Source: Xanthobacteraceae bacterium (GTDB lineage Bacteria > Pseudomonadota > Alphaproteobacteria > Rhizobiales > Xanthobacteraceae). From it: DNA of 58,512 nt. The notes beneath the pieces are model-generated. The model was not told the DNA's origin. It was given only the letters and a program-made list of their open reading frames with translations, and searched no databases. The stretch spans positions 1 to 58,512 of the forward strand of contig JASHRW010000099.1 of assembly GCA_030037065.1 (NCBI GenBank), in the 5' to 3' direction. This document shows, in pieces, positions 18,951-27,027 of this stretch (positions within the stretch are counted from its first letter, which is position 1; each line of letters begins with the position of its first letter). A program made the translations under genes and the position numbers.

Positions 18951-18954
18951 CAGG
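18927..18954 (+). repeat. Heptanucleotide tandem repeat (CGACAGA x3 plus a degenerate unit) spanning the ubiX stop codon
   Basis: The sequence is cgacaga cgacaga cgacaga tgacagg. It encodes the non-conserved UbiX tail ..DDGRQTTDDR*. Confidence 0.7.
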
Positions 18955-19005
18955 GTAAAATCTAGGGCAGTGGCCTTGCCGCTCTATAATCATCCGTCGT
19001 CTGTC
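18935..19005. repeat. Imperfect inverted repeat flanking a 39-bp AT-richer core between ubiX and the next gene
   Basis: The arms are GACAGACGACAGATGA (18935-18950) and TCATCCGTCGTCTGTC (18990-19005), matching at 15 of 16 positions. Further GC-rich matching lies outside the arms. The core contains TATAAT (18985-18990). Confidence 0.6.
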
Positions 19006-19042
19006 CTCCGCCCTCCGTCCTTCATTCTAAAGGAACCCCACC

Positions 19043-19429
19043 ATGGACCAGAAACGCTACGAGATCGGACTTGCCAAGCGCAAACAGGTGCTTGGCGAAG
19101 CCTATGTGGATCGCGCGCTTAACAATGTTGATGACTTCAACCGCGACTTTCAGCGTATCCTCACCGAATATTGCTGGGGCGAGACCTGGGGCGACGAGAC
19201 GCTTAAGCCGCGCGAGCGTTCCATTCTCAACCTCGGCATGATCGCGGCGCTCGGCAAGATGGAAGAGTTCGCCACCCACGTGCGCGGCGCGCTCAACAAC
19301 GGGCTCACACCGAACGAGATCCGCGCTGCGCTCACTCAGGTCACGATCTATTGCGGCGCGCCGATCGGCGTCGATTGCTTTCGCGTAGCACGGCCGATCA
19401 TCGCCGAGCATGTGAAAAGCAAGAAATAG
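19043..19429 (+). CDS. Carboxymuconolactone decarboxylase family protein (PcaC-like, AhpD fold)
   Basis: EYCWGETWGDETLKPRERSILNLGMIAALGKMEEFATHVRGALNNGLTPNEIRAALTQVTIYCGAP resembles gamma-CMD proteins. It is 128 aa. Confidence 0.8.
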   Translation: MDQKRYEIGLAKRKQVLGEAYVDRALNNVDDFNRDFQRILTEYCWGETWGDETLKPRERSILNLGMIAALGKMEEFATHVRGALNNGLTPNEIRAALTQVTIYCGAPIGVDCFRVARPIIAEHVKSKK

Positions 19430-19435
19430 TCGGGC

Positions 19436-21094
19436 ATGCTCGACCAGCCGGACAAAGAACGCGGCAGCGGCCAAAAGGCGGGCCCGCCGCTCGACTTCCA
19501 GGAGCATCTGCACCGGCTCGAAGCCGAGGGACTGCTCACGCGAGTCGAGCGGCCGATCAACAAGGAAACCGAGCTGCATCCGCTGGTGCGCTGGCAGTTT
19601 CAGGGCGGGCTTGCCGAGGACGAGCGGCGCGCCTTCTTGTTCACCAACGTTGTCGATGCCGCAGGACGCCGCTATGACATCCCGGTCGCTATCGGCGCGT
19701 TGGCGGCGTCGGCGCGCATCTATGCGGTCGGCATGGGGCGTCCTGTCGACGAGATCGGCGACGCCTGGATGCACGCGATCGCCAACCCGATTCCACCCGT
19801 CGAAGTGACAGCAGCGCCCTGCCAGCAGGTCGTCATTACCGGGGAGGCGCTGCGGGCGCGAAACGGCGGGCTGAAGACGCTGCCAGTGCCGATTTCGACG
19901 CCCGGTTATGACGCGGCGCCGTATCTCACTGCGACGCTGTGCATCACCGAGGATCCGGAAACCGGCATCCGCAACATGGGCACATACCGCGCCGCGCTGA
20001 AGGCCACCGACCGGCTCGGCGTCCGCATGTCGGCGCGGCCCGGCGGCGCCGGCGGTTATCTGCACTGGCAGAAATACCGCAAGTCGAAAAAGCCGATGCC
20101 GGCCGCCATCGTGATCGGCTGTGCGCCGGTGGTGATGTTCACCGGGCCGCAAAAATTGCCGATCGATTGCGACGAGATGGCGGTCGCCGGCGGACTTGCC
20201 GGCGCGCCGATCCGCGTGGCCAAGGCCGCGACCGTGAATCTGCATGTGCCGGCCGACGCCGAGATCGTGGTCGAGGGTGTGATCGACCCCGAGCTTTTGG
20301 AGCCGGAAGGGCCGTTCGGCGAAAGCCACGGCCATGTCGCGCTCGAAGGCTTCAACATGTCGATGCAGGTCACCGCGATCACGCGCAAGCGGTCGCCGGT
20401 CTGGGTCTCGATCTTAAGCGAAGTGACGCCCTCCGAATCGAGCGTGATGAAGCGCGTCGCCTACGAGCCGCGCTATCTCGCCTATTTGCGGGATTCGCTC
20501 TCCATCAAGGGTGTGCGCCGCGTGGTCATGCACGAAGCGCTGACCAATTTGCGCAAGGTGATGTTCGTACAATTTGCTGCCGGTACACCGCGCACCGAAA
20601 TCTGGCGCGCGCTGCACGGCGCATCGAGCTTGCAGGCCGATATCGGCAAATACGTTATCGCGGTGAGCGAGGACATCAATCCGGAGAATCCCGACGCGGT
20701 GTTCTGGTCGCTTGCCTATCGCGCCAATCCGATCGAGGACGTGCATATCTCGCCGTATCGTTCCGAGGGGCACGGACCGAAATCGGGCGGGCCGCACGAG
20801 GACTCGACCATGCTGATCGATGCCACGCAGAAGGAACCCGACCCGCCGATCTCGCTGCCCAAGCGCGAATTCATGGAACGGGCGCGGGCAATCTGGGACG
20901 AGCTTGGCCTGCCGAAGCTTACGCCGCGCGAGCCGTGGCATGGCTATTCGCTCGGCGACTGGGATTCGGTCTGGGACACCTATGCGGAGCGCGCGGTGCG
21001 CGGGCAATGGGAAGAGTCCGGCAAGGAAACCTTCGCACGCCGTCGCGGCGGGCTCATCCCGGAGACGCCGGTGAAGAGTGTGAAGGAAGAATAG
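19436..21094 (+). CDS. UbiD-family (prFMN-dependent) decarboxylase, paralog 1
   Basis: It is 552 aa. UbiD core features include NMGTYR and the catalytic-Glu region EPEGPFGESHGHV. It starts 6 nt after the CMD-like gene. Confidence 0.85.
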   Translation: MLDQPDKERGSGQKAGPPLDFQEHLHRLEAEGLLTRVERPINKETELHPLVRWQFQGGLAEDERRAFLFTNVVDAAGRRYDIPVAIGALAASARIYAVGMGRPVDEIGDAWMHAIANPIPPVEVTAAPCQQVVITGEALRARNGGLKTLPVPISTPGYDAAPYLTATLCITEDPETGIRNMGTYRAALKATDRLGVRMSARPGGAGGYLHWQKYRKSKKPMPAAIVIGCAPVVMFTGPQKLPIDCDEMAVAGGLAGAPIRVAKAATVNLHVPADAEIVVEGVIDPELLEPEGPFGESHGHVALEGFNMSMQVTAITRKRSPVWVSILSEVTPSESSVMKRVAYEPRYLAYLRDSLSIKGVRRVVMHEALTNLRKVMFVQFAAGTPRTEIWRALHGASSLQADIGKYVIAVSEDINPENPDAVFWSLAYRANPIEDVHISPYRSEGHGPKSGGPHEDSTMLIDATQKEPDPPISLPKREFMERARAIWDELGLPKLTPREPWHGYSLGDWDSVWDTYAERAVRGQWEESGKETFARRRGGLIPETPVKSVKEE

Positions 21095-21105
21095 GTCACA
21101 GCGCC

Positions 21106-21561
21106 ATGCTCGTCTTTTTGCTCGCACTGCACCTGCTCGCCGCCATCTTCTGGGTCGGCGGCATGGCGTTCGCCTACTGGATGCTGCGCCCGGCCGCGGG
21201 CCCGCTCGATCCGCCCATGCGGCTGCCGTTGTGGCGGCGAGTGTTCGCTAGATTCTTGCCCTGGGTGGGCGTCGCCATCGTGGTGCTGCTCGGCTCGGGC
21301 TATGCCATGCTGGCCAAATATTTCGGCGGCTTCGCCGCCGCGCCAACTTACGTCAACGTCATGCAGGGCTTGGGCTGGCTCATGGTGCTGCTCTATCTGC
21401 ACCTTATCTTCGCGCCATGGAAACGCCTCCGTGCCGCGCTCGATCAGAATGCACTGCTCGACGCGTCCAAGGCGCTGAACCAGATCCGCATGCTCGTGGC
21501 GATCAATCTCGCGCTCGGCATCATTGTCGTCATTGTTGGTGGTACCGGGAGATATTGGTAG
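21106..21561 (+). CDS. Small CopD-like integral membrane protein (4 predicted TM)
   Basis: I chose the internal ATG of ORF 19939..21561 (MLVFLLALHLLAAIFWVGGMAF..). The HLLAAxFWxGG motif is CopD-like. It is the last gene of the plus-strand operon. Confidence 0.55.
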   Translation: MLVFLLALHLLAAIFWVGGMAFAYWMLRPAAGPLDPPMRLPLWRRVFARFLPWVGVAIVVLLGSGYAMLAKYFGGFAAAPTYVNVMQGLGWLMVLLYLHLIFAPWKRLRAALDQNALLDASKALNQIRMLVAINLALGIIVVIVGGTGRYW

Positions 21562-21564
21562 CCG

Positions 21565-21669
21565 ACGTCATTCCGGATTGCCACGACAGCGGCAAATCCG
21601 GAATCCATATTCGCTGACCTGTGTTTATGGATTCCGGGCTCGCGGCTTTCAGCCGCGCCCCGGAATAAC
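21565..21669. repeat. REP-like nested palindromic element, same family as 36334-36465
   Basis: The blocks are CGTCATTCCGG ... CCGGAATCCATA ... TTATGGATTCCGG ... CCGGAATAAC. It fills the convergent gap between the CopD-like and ThDP-enzyme genes. Confidence 0.8.
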
Positions 21670-21670
21670 A

Positions 21671-23446
21671 TCACCGCGGCCGCACTACCGTATCGACCAA
21701 AGCCGGCTTGCCGACTTTGACCTGGGCGATGGCGCGGCGGAGCGCCGGCGCGATATCGGCTGGTTTTTCAATCGGGCCTTCGGCGTACCAACCCATGCCC
21801 TTGGCGATGGTGGCGAAGTCGGGCTCGGGACCGGCGATGTCTTGCGCGATATAGGCGCGCTCGACCGGCGTACCGCGGAAATTCGCCACGCGAATCTGGT
21901 GCTCCCAGTCGTTGTAATAGGCGCGGTTGTTGTACATGACGATCAGCATCGGGATGTTGTTCTTCGCCGCGCTCCACAGCGCGCCGGCGTCGAACAAAAG
22001 GTCGCCATCCGGCTGAATGTCGACGACAAGGCGCCGCGCGTCGCGGTGCGCCAGCGCCACGCCGAGCGAGGTGCCGATCTGCGTGCCGGTGCCGAGCGCC
22101 TGGCCGCAGTGGCGGTAAGACTTGTCGAAGTCCCACAGCTTGTAGCACCAGTCCTGCAGATTGGCGCCGGTCAGCACCCAGTCCTCGCTTCCGATCTCGT
22201 TCCAGATTTCGCTCGCCAACCGCGGCAGCGTGGTCGGCAGTCCGTCCCAATCCTTTTTCGCCTCCTCGGCCCATTTCGCAAACAGGGCGTCATGCTTTGA
22301 GGCGACAAGTTTGGTGCGTTCGGCGATTTTGTTCGCCAGTGCGGGATCCTTGCTGATGCGCTCGCGGCATAGGCGCGTCAGTTCGGGAATGGCGGTCAGC
22401 GTGTCGCCAAGGACGCGCAGTGCGCAGGCCGGCATGCGCGCATAGTCCATCGACCATTTGCTTAAATTGATCTCGCCAAAGCCGATCTCGATCATCTCGC
22501 AGTGCGGCGGGTAATGCGGCACCACCTGACGCTTGGTGCGGTCGTTGAAATGCGTCGACTTCTCCCAATCGCGGGTGTCCAGCGTCAGGATCAGATCGGC
22601 GTCGCGAAAGATTTCCTTCTCGCACGACAGATTAAGCTTGTGGCGGTTCGGAAAGTTGAGCCGCGCATGCACGTCGAAGACGGCGGCGCCGACCGTTTCG
22701 GCGAGCGCCACCAGATTGTCGAAGCCGCCTTCGCTGCGCGCCACATACTCGGCCATCAGCACCGGGTATTTCGCCGCCAGCAGGCGATCGGCGACCTCGG
22801 CGAGCGCGATCGGGTCGGCTGCCATCGGTACCGGCACCTTGTTGTCGGTTGGTTTGGGCAGCGCCACGCTGCGGGTGAGCGGCTGCTCCTGCAGCCAGGC
22901 GTCGTAGCACATGTAGATCGGGCCCTGCGGCTCGGTCATCATCGCCGCGTAGGCGCGCGCGAAGGAATCGGGCACGCCCTCGATGCTCGCGGGCTGATAA
23001 TCCCATTTGACGTAATGACGGAGCTGCTCGCCGTTGACGTTCGCGGTGTGAATCCAATCGATGAACGGCCGGCGGCGGCTTTCGTCCATCGGGCCGGTGG
23101 CGCCGATCACGAAGATCGGGCAGCGGTCGATATAGGCGTAGTAGATGCCCATGGTGGCGTGCAGCATGCCGACCACGTCGTGCACGATCGCCACCATCGG
23201 CCGGCCGGTCGCCTTGGCGTAGCCGTGGGCGATCTGCACGGCGATCTTCTCGTGCTGGCAGAGCAGGAGCGGCGGCTGATTGCCGCCGTAATTGACCAGC
23301 GAGTCATGCAGTCCGCGGTAGCTCGCACCGGGATTGAGCGCGATATAGGGAAAGCCGTAGTGCTTGATGAGATCGACGATGATGTCGGATTGCCAGGCTT
23401 TTTTGGCGTAGCTTGCTTGCGCCTCCGGGTTGGTGACGTCATTCAT
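21671..23446 (-). CDS. Thiamine-diphosphate-dependent enzyme (acetolactate synthase/benzoylformate decarboxylase superfamily)
   Basis: It is 591 aa. The N-terminal pyrimidine-binding domain reads ..ALNPGASYRGLHDSL...CQHEKIAVQIAHGYAKATG. The C-terminal ThDP motif reads PDGDLLFDAGALWSAAKNNIPMLIVMYNNRAY. Confidence 0.8.
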   Translation of the reverse strand: MNDVTNPEAQASYAKKAWQSDIIVDLIKHYGFPYIALNPGASYRGLHDSLVNYGGNQPPLLLCQHEKIAVQIAHGYAKATGRPMVAIVHDVVGMLHATMGIYYAYIDRCPIFVIGATGPMDESRRRPFIDWIHTANVNGEQLRHYVKWDYQPASIEGVPDSFARAYAAMMTEPQGPIYMCYDAWLQEQPLTRSVALPKPTDNKVPVPMAADPIALAEVADRLLAAKYPVLMAEYVARSEGGFDNLVALAETVGAAVFDVHARLNFPNRHKLNLSCEKEIFRDADLILTLDTRDWEKSTHFNDRTKRQVVPHYPPHCEMIEIGFGEINLSKWSMDYARMPACALRVLGDTLTAIPELTRLCRERISKDPALANKIAERTKLVASKHDALFAKWAEEAKKDWDGLPTTLPRLASEIWNEIGSEDWVLTGANLQDWCYKLWDFDKSYRHCGQALGTGTQIGTSLGVALAHRDARRLVVDIQPDGDLLFDAGALWSAAKNNIPMLIVMYNNRAYYNDWEHQIRVANFRGTPVERAYIAQDIAGPEPDFATIAKGMGWYAEGPIEKPADIAPALRRAIAQVKVGKPALVDTVVRPR

Positions 23447-23518
23447 AGAGGTCTATTCCTGTTTTATGGTGCGGCACGATAGGGCGCTGTGTCCGGAGCG
23501 GCAACGTCGCGCTGGGCG

Positions 23519-23971
23519 TCAGGCCGCGCCGGCCGCGCGATGGATCGCTGCGCGGATGCGTTGATATGTGCCGCAGCGGCAAATATTGGTGATCGCTGCG
23601 TCGATGTCGGCATCGGTCGGCTTGGGCTTTTGTTTCAACAGCGCGACCACCGCCATGATCATTCCGCTCTGGCAATAGCCGCATTGCGGCACGTCGAGAT
23701 CGAGCCAGGCTTGCTGCACCGGGTGCAGCTTGCCGTCCTGTGCCAGCGCCTCGATGGTGGTAATCGGCCGGACGCCGACTTCACCGATCGGCACTTGGCA
23801 CGATCGTGTGGCGATGCCGGCAAGGTGAACGGTGCAGCAGCCGCATTGGGCGATGCCGCAGCCGTATTTCGTGCCAGTGAGCCCGATCGCGTCGCGCAGC
23901 ACCCAGAGCAAAGGCGTATCGGGCTCGACATCGACCTCATAGGCTCTGCCGTTGACGGACAGCGTGATCAT
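23519..23971 (-). CDS. IorA-type (2Fe-2S)-binding small subunit
   Basis: The motifs are [29 protein letters not shown] and [13 protein letters not shown]...[10 protein letters not shown]. It is 150 aa. No Mo subunit is adjacent; it lies 73 nt upstream of the ThDP enzyme gene. Confidence 0.85.
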   Translation of the reverse strand: MITLSVNGRAYEVDVEPDTPLLWVLRDAIGLTGTKYGCGIAQCGCCTVHLAGIATRSCQVPIGEVGVRPITTIEALAQDGKLHPVQQAWLDLDVPQCGYCQSGMIMAVVALLKQKPKPTDADIDAAITNICRCGTYQRIRAAIHRAAGAA

Positions 23972-24295
23972 GCGCGTCCTCTTGCTCGGCGCGCGAGCAC
24001 CCGGACTGATTGCGGCCTTGGCACCGGTCTAAAAAGCAGCGTCGACCGAGGCAAGATAGCTTGGGCAATCGACATGCCGAATCGAGACTTTTTCAGATTT
24101 TCCCATGGCTGACATAGTGTCGTCTACGGTCGGTCAAAATGCCACGTACCCCCTTCCGGTCCCTTTTCACGGGCGTCAAACCGGGGCATCCTAGGCTGGA
24201 AACCTCTGCGTCAGGGGCGGGGCCGGCACCATGTCCGGCCGCCGAGGATGACGACGGAGGCGTCCGAATCGACAACTCACCTCCAGGAGGAAACT

Positions 24296-25564
24296 ATGAG
24301 CGATCGCATAACCCGCCGCGGCGTTAACGCCGGCATTGGCGCAGCCCTGATTTCACCGGCATTGGTTTCAGCCCCAGCCTTTGCGGCCAGTGGCGAGCCC
24401 ATCAAAATCGGCTTTTCCATGGCGCAGACCGGCGCGCTCGCTGGCGCGGGTCAGCAAGCGCTGCTCGGCATGAAAATCTGGGAGGAAGACACCAACGCCA
24501 AGGGCGGCCTGCTCGGCAGGCCGGTCAAGCTCATCTATTATGACGACCAAACCAATCCGTCGCTCATTCCCGGCATCTACACCAAGCTCATGGATGTCGA
24601 TAAATGCGACCTCGTCGTCGGACCCTACGGCACCAACCTGGTGGCGCCGACCATTCCGACGGTCATGCAGAAGGGCAAGGTTCTCATCGGGCTGTTTGCG
24701 CTCGACGCCAACGGCACGTTCCACTACAACAAATACTTCTCGATGCTGCCATCAGGGCCAACACCAAAGCAGTCGTTCACCGAAGGATTCTTTCAGGTCG
24801 CGGTGGCGCAAAAGCCGAAGCCGCAAACCGTGGCGATCGCTGCCGAGGACGCCGAGTTCTCGCGCAACTCCGCCGACGGCGCTCGCGACAACGCGAAAAA
24901 GTACGGTCTGAAGATCGTCTACGACAAATTGTATCCGCCCTCGACGACCGACTTCTCCCCGATCGTCCGCGCCATTCAGGCCGCCAACGCCGATCTCGTC
25001 ATCATTTGCTCCTACCCGAACAGCTCGGTCGGCATGCTGCAGTCCGCGCACGAGTTGGGTCTGAAGCCGAAGATGATGGGCGGCGGCATGGTCGGACTGC
25101 AGTACACGGCCATCAAGAGTAAGCTGAAAACCGAGCTCAACGGCATCGTCAACTACGAAACCTGGGTGCCGTCGGCAAAACTGCTGGCGCCGGCCGCCGA
25201 CTTCTTCAAGAAATACCAGGCGCGCGCGAAAGGCATCGATCCGCTCGGCTATTACCTCGGCGGCTGGGGTTACGCATACCTGCAAGTTCTGGCCGACGGG
25301 GTGACGGGGTCGAAGAGCCTCAACGACAACAAGATCGCCGACTATCTGCGCGCTCACACGTTCAGCACCATCATGGCCTCGGGCATCAAGTTTGGCAAAA
25401 ACGGCGAGTGGACCAAGTCAGGAATGCTGCAGGTGCAGTATCACGGCATCACCGATGCGGCGAACCTCGATACTTGGCGCGGCATGAGCTACCAGACGGT
25501 GCTTATGCCGCCGGACGAGAAGACCGGCAGCGTCATCTATCCATATGACAAGGCGCTGGGCTAA
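24296..25564 (+). CDS. ABC-transporter substrate-binding protein, LivK/branched-chain-amino-acid-binding fold, copy 1
   Basis: An AGGAGG ribosome-binding site precedes the start. The RR-containing leader reads MSDRITRRGVNAGIGAALISPALVSAPAFA. GEPIKIGFSMAQTGALAGAG...GRPVKLIYYDDQTNP follows. Confidence 0.8.
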   Translation: MSDRITRRGVNAGIGAALISPALVSAPAFAASGEPIKIGFSMAQTGALAGAGQQALLGMKIWEEDTNAKGGLLGRPVKLIYYDDQTNPSLIPGIYTKLMDVDKCDLVVGPYGTNLVAPTIPTVMQKGKVLIGLFALDANGTFHYNKYFSMLPSGPTPKQSFTEGFFQVAVAQKPKPQTVAIAAEDAEFSRNSADGARDNAKKYGLKIVYDKLYPPSTTDFSPIVRAIQAANADLVIICSYPNSSVGMLQSAHELGLKPKMMGGGMVGLQYTAIKSKLKTELNGIVNYETWVPSAKLLAPAADFFKKYQARAKGIDPLGYYLGGWGYAYLQVLADGVTGSKSLNDNKIADYLRAHTFSTIMASGIKFGKNGEWTKSGMLQVQYHGITDAANLDTWRGMSYQTVLMPPDEKTGSVIYPYDKALG

Positions 25565-25611
25565 GCATGCATCCATCCCGCGCAGCGTTGCGCGAGGACA
25601 TCTGGAACGGA

Positions 25612-25640
25612 CCGGGCCTGACCCTCACTGTCAGGCCCGG
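25612..25640 (+). other. Perfect 11-bp stem hairpin between the tandem binding-protein genes
   Basis: The sequence is CCGGGCCTGAC-cctcact-GTCAGGCCCGG. No U-tract follows, so it is more likely an mRNA stabiliser or processing site than a classic terminator. Confidence 0.5.
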
Positions 25641-25700
25641 CATATTGCGGCGAACTAAGCCGTACGGAATGGGAAAAGGCCCGCATTTTTGGAGGACTCC

Positions 25701-26981
25701 ATGAGTAATCGCATAACACGCCGCGGGGTTAATGCCGGGATTGGCGCGGCCTTGATTTCACCGGCATTGGCTTCAGCCTCTGCCTTTGCGGCAAGCGGCG
25801 AGCCGATCAAAATCGGATTTTCGATGGCGCAGACCGGCTCGCTCGCCGGCGCCGGCCAGCAGGCGCTGCTCGGCGCCAAGATCTGGGAGGAGGATACCAA
25901 CGCCAAGGGCGGCCTACTCGGCCGGCCGGTCAAGCTGATCTATTACGACGACCAGACCAATCCGTCGCTCATCCCCGGCATCTACACCAAGCTCATGGAT
26001 GTCGACAAAGTCGACCTGGTCATCGGCCCGTATGGGACCAACTTGGTGGCGCCGGCCATTCCCGTGGTCATGCAAAAGGGCAAGGTCTTCATCGGTCTGT
26101 TTGCGCTCGATGCCAACGCGCAATTCCACTATTCGAAATATTTTGTAATGCTTCCGACCAGCGGCCCGCATCCGCGGGAAATCCTGACTGAAGGCTTGTT
26201 CCAGGTCGCGGCAGCGCAGAACCCGAAGCCGAAAACGATCGCGATCGCGGCCGAGGACGCCGAGTTCTCGCACAACGCCGCGGACGGCGCGCGAGCCAAT
26301 GCAAAGCAGTATGGCTTCAAGATCATTTACGACAAAAACTATCCGCCGAGCACGACCGACTTTTCTCCGGTCATCCGTGCGATCCAGGCGGGGAATCCGG
26401 ATATCGTGGTCATCTGCTCATATCCGAACACTTCGGTCGGCATGCTGCAATCCGCAACCGAACTCGGCCTCAAACCGAAGATCATGGGTGGCGGCATGGT
26501 GGGACTGCAATACACCGCCATCAAGAGCAAGCTCAAATCCAAGCTCAATGGCATCGTCAATTACGAGAACTGGGTTCCGTCGCCAAAATTGATGAAGCCG
26601 GCCGCCGCGTTCTTCAAGAAATACCAGGCGCGCGCGCCGGGGATCGGCATCGATCCGCTTGGCTATTACCTCGGCGGCTGGGGCTATGCCTATTTGCAGG
26701 TGCTGGCGCAGGCGGTCGAAGGAACCAAGAGCCTCAATGACGACAAGCTCGCCAACTACCTGCACGCCAATGCGTTCAATAGCATCATGATCGATGGCGT
26801 CAGGTTCACCAAGTACGGCGAATGGGTCAAGCCCCGCCAGCTGCAGGTGCAGTACCATGGCATTACCGATGCGGCGAATCTCGAAACTTGGCGCGGCATG
26901 AGTTATGAGACCGTAGTCACACCGCCGGATTATGCAACCGGCAACGTGATCTATCCGTACGCCAACGCGCTGAAGGCGTAA
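25701..26981 (+). CDS. ABC-transporter substrate-binding protein, LivK fold, copy 2 (tandem paralog)
   Basis: A GGAGG ribosome-binding site precedes the start. The N-terminal third is nearly identical to copy 1 by eye (MSNRITRRGVNAGIGAALISPALASASAFAASGEPIKIGFSMAQTGSLAGAG..). Confidence 0.8.
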   Translation: MSNRITRRGVNAGIGAALISPALASASAFAASGEPIKIGFSMAQTGSLAGAGQQALLGAKIWEEDTNAKGGLLGRPVKLIYYDDQTNPSLIPGIYTKLMDVDKVDLVIGPYGTNLVAPAIPVVMQKGKVFIGLFALDANAQFHYSKYFVMLPTSGPHPREILTEGLFQVAAAQNPKPKTIAIAAEDAEFSHNAADGARANAKQYGFKIIYDKNYPPSTTDFSPVIRAIQAGNPDIVVICSYPNTSVGMLQSATELGLKPKIMGGGMVGLQYTAIKSKLKSKLNGIVNYENWVPSPKLMKPAAAFFKKYQARAPGIGIDPLGYYLGGWGYAYLQVLAQAVEGTKSLNDDKLANYLHANAFNSIMIDGVRFTKYGEWVKPRQLQVQYHGITDAANLETWRGMSYETVVTPPDYATGNVIYPYANALKA

Positions 26982-26992
26982 GGGTGAACATT

Positions 26993-27023
26993 CTCCCCCG
27001 CTTCGCTGCGCTTCGCGGGGGAG
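26993..27023 (+). promoter_or_regulatory. Hairpin whose 3' arm contains the Shine-Dalgarno of the MetE-like gene
   Basis: The sequence is CTCCCCCGC-ttcgctgcgcttc-GCGGGGGAG. GGAGG at 27020-27024 lies 4 nt upstream of ATG 27028. Confidence 0.5.
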
Positions 27024-27027
27024 GATA

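Noticed and set aside
19043-19429. The PcaC-like gene as evidence for a beta-ketoadipate (protocatechuate) pathway.
   Set aside because: No pcaB, pcaD, pcaGH or pcaIJF homologs are in the window. The CMD/AhpD fold is functionally broad.
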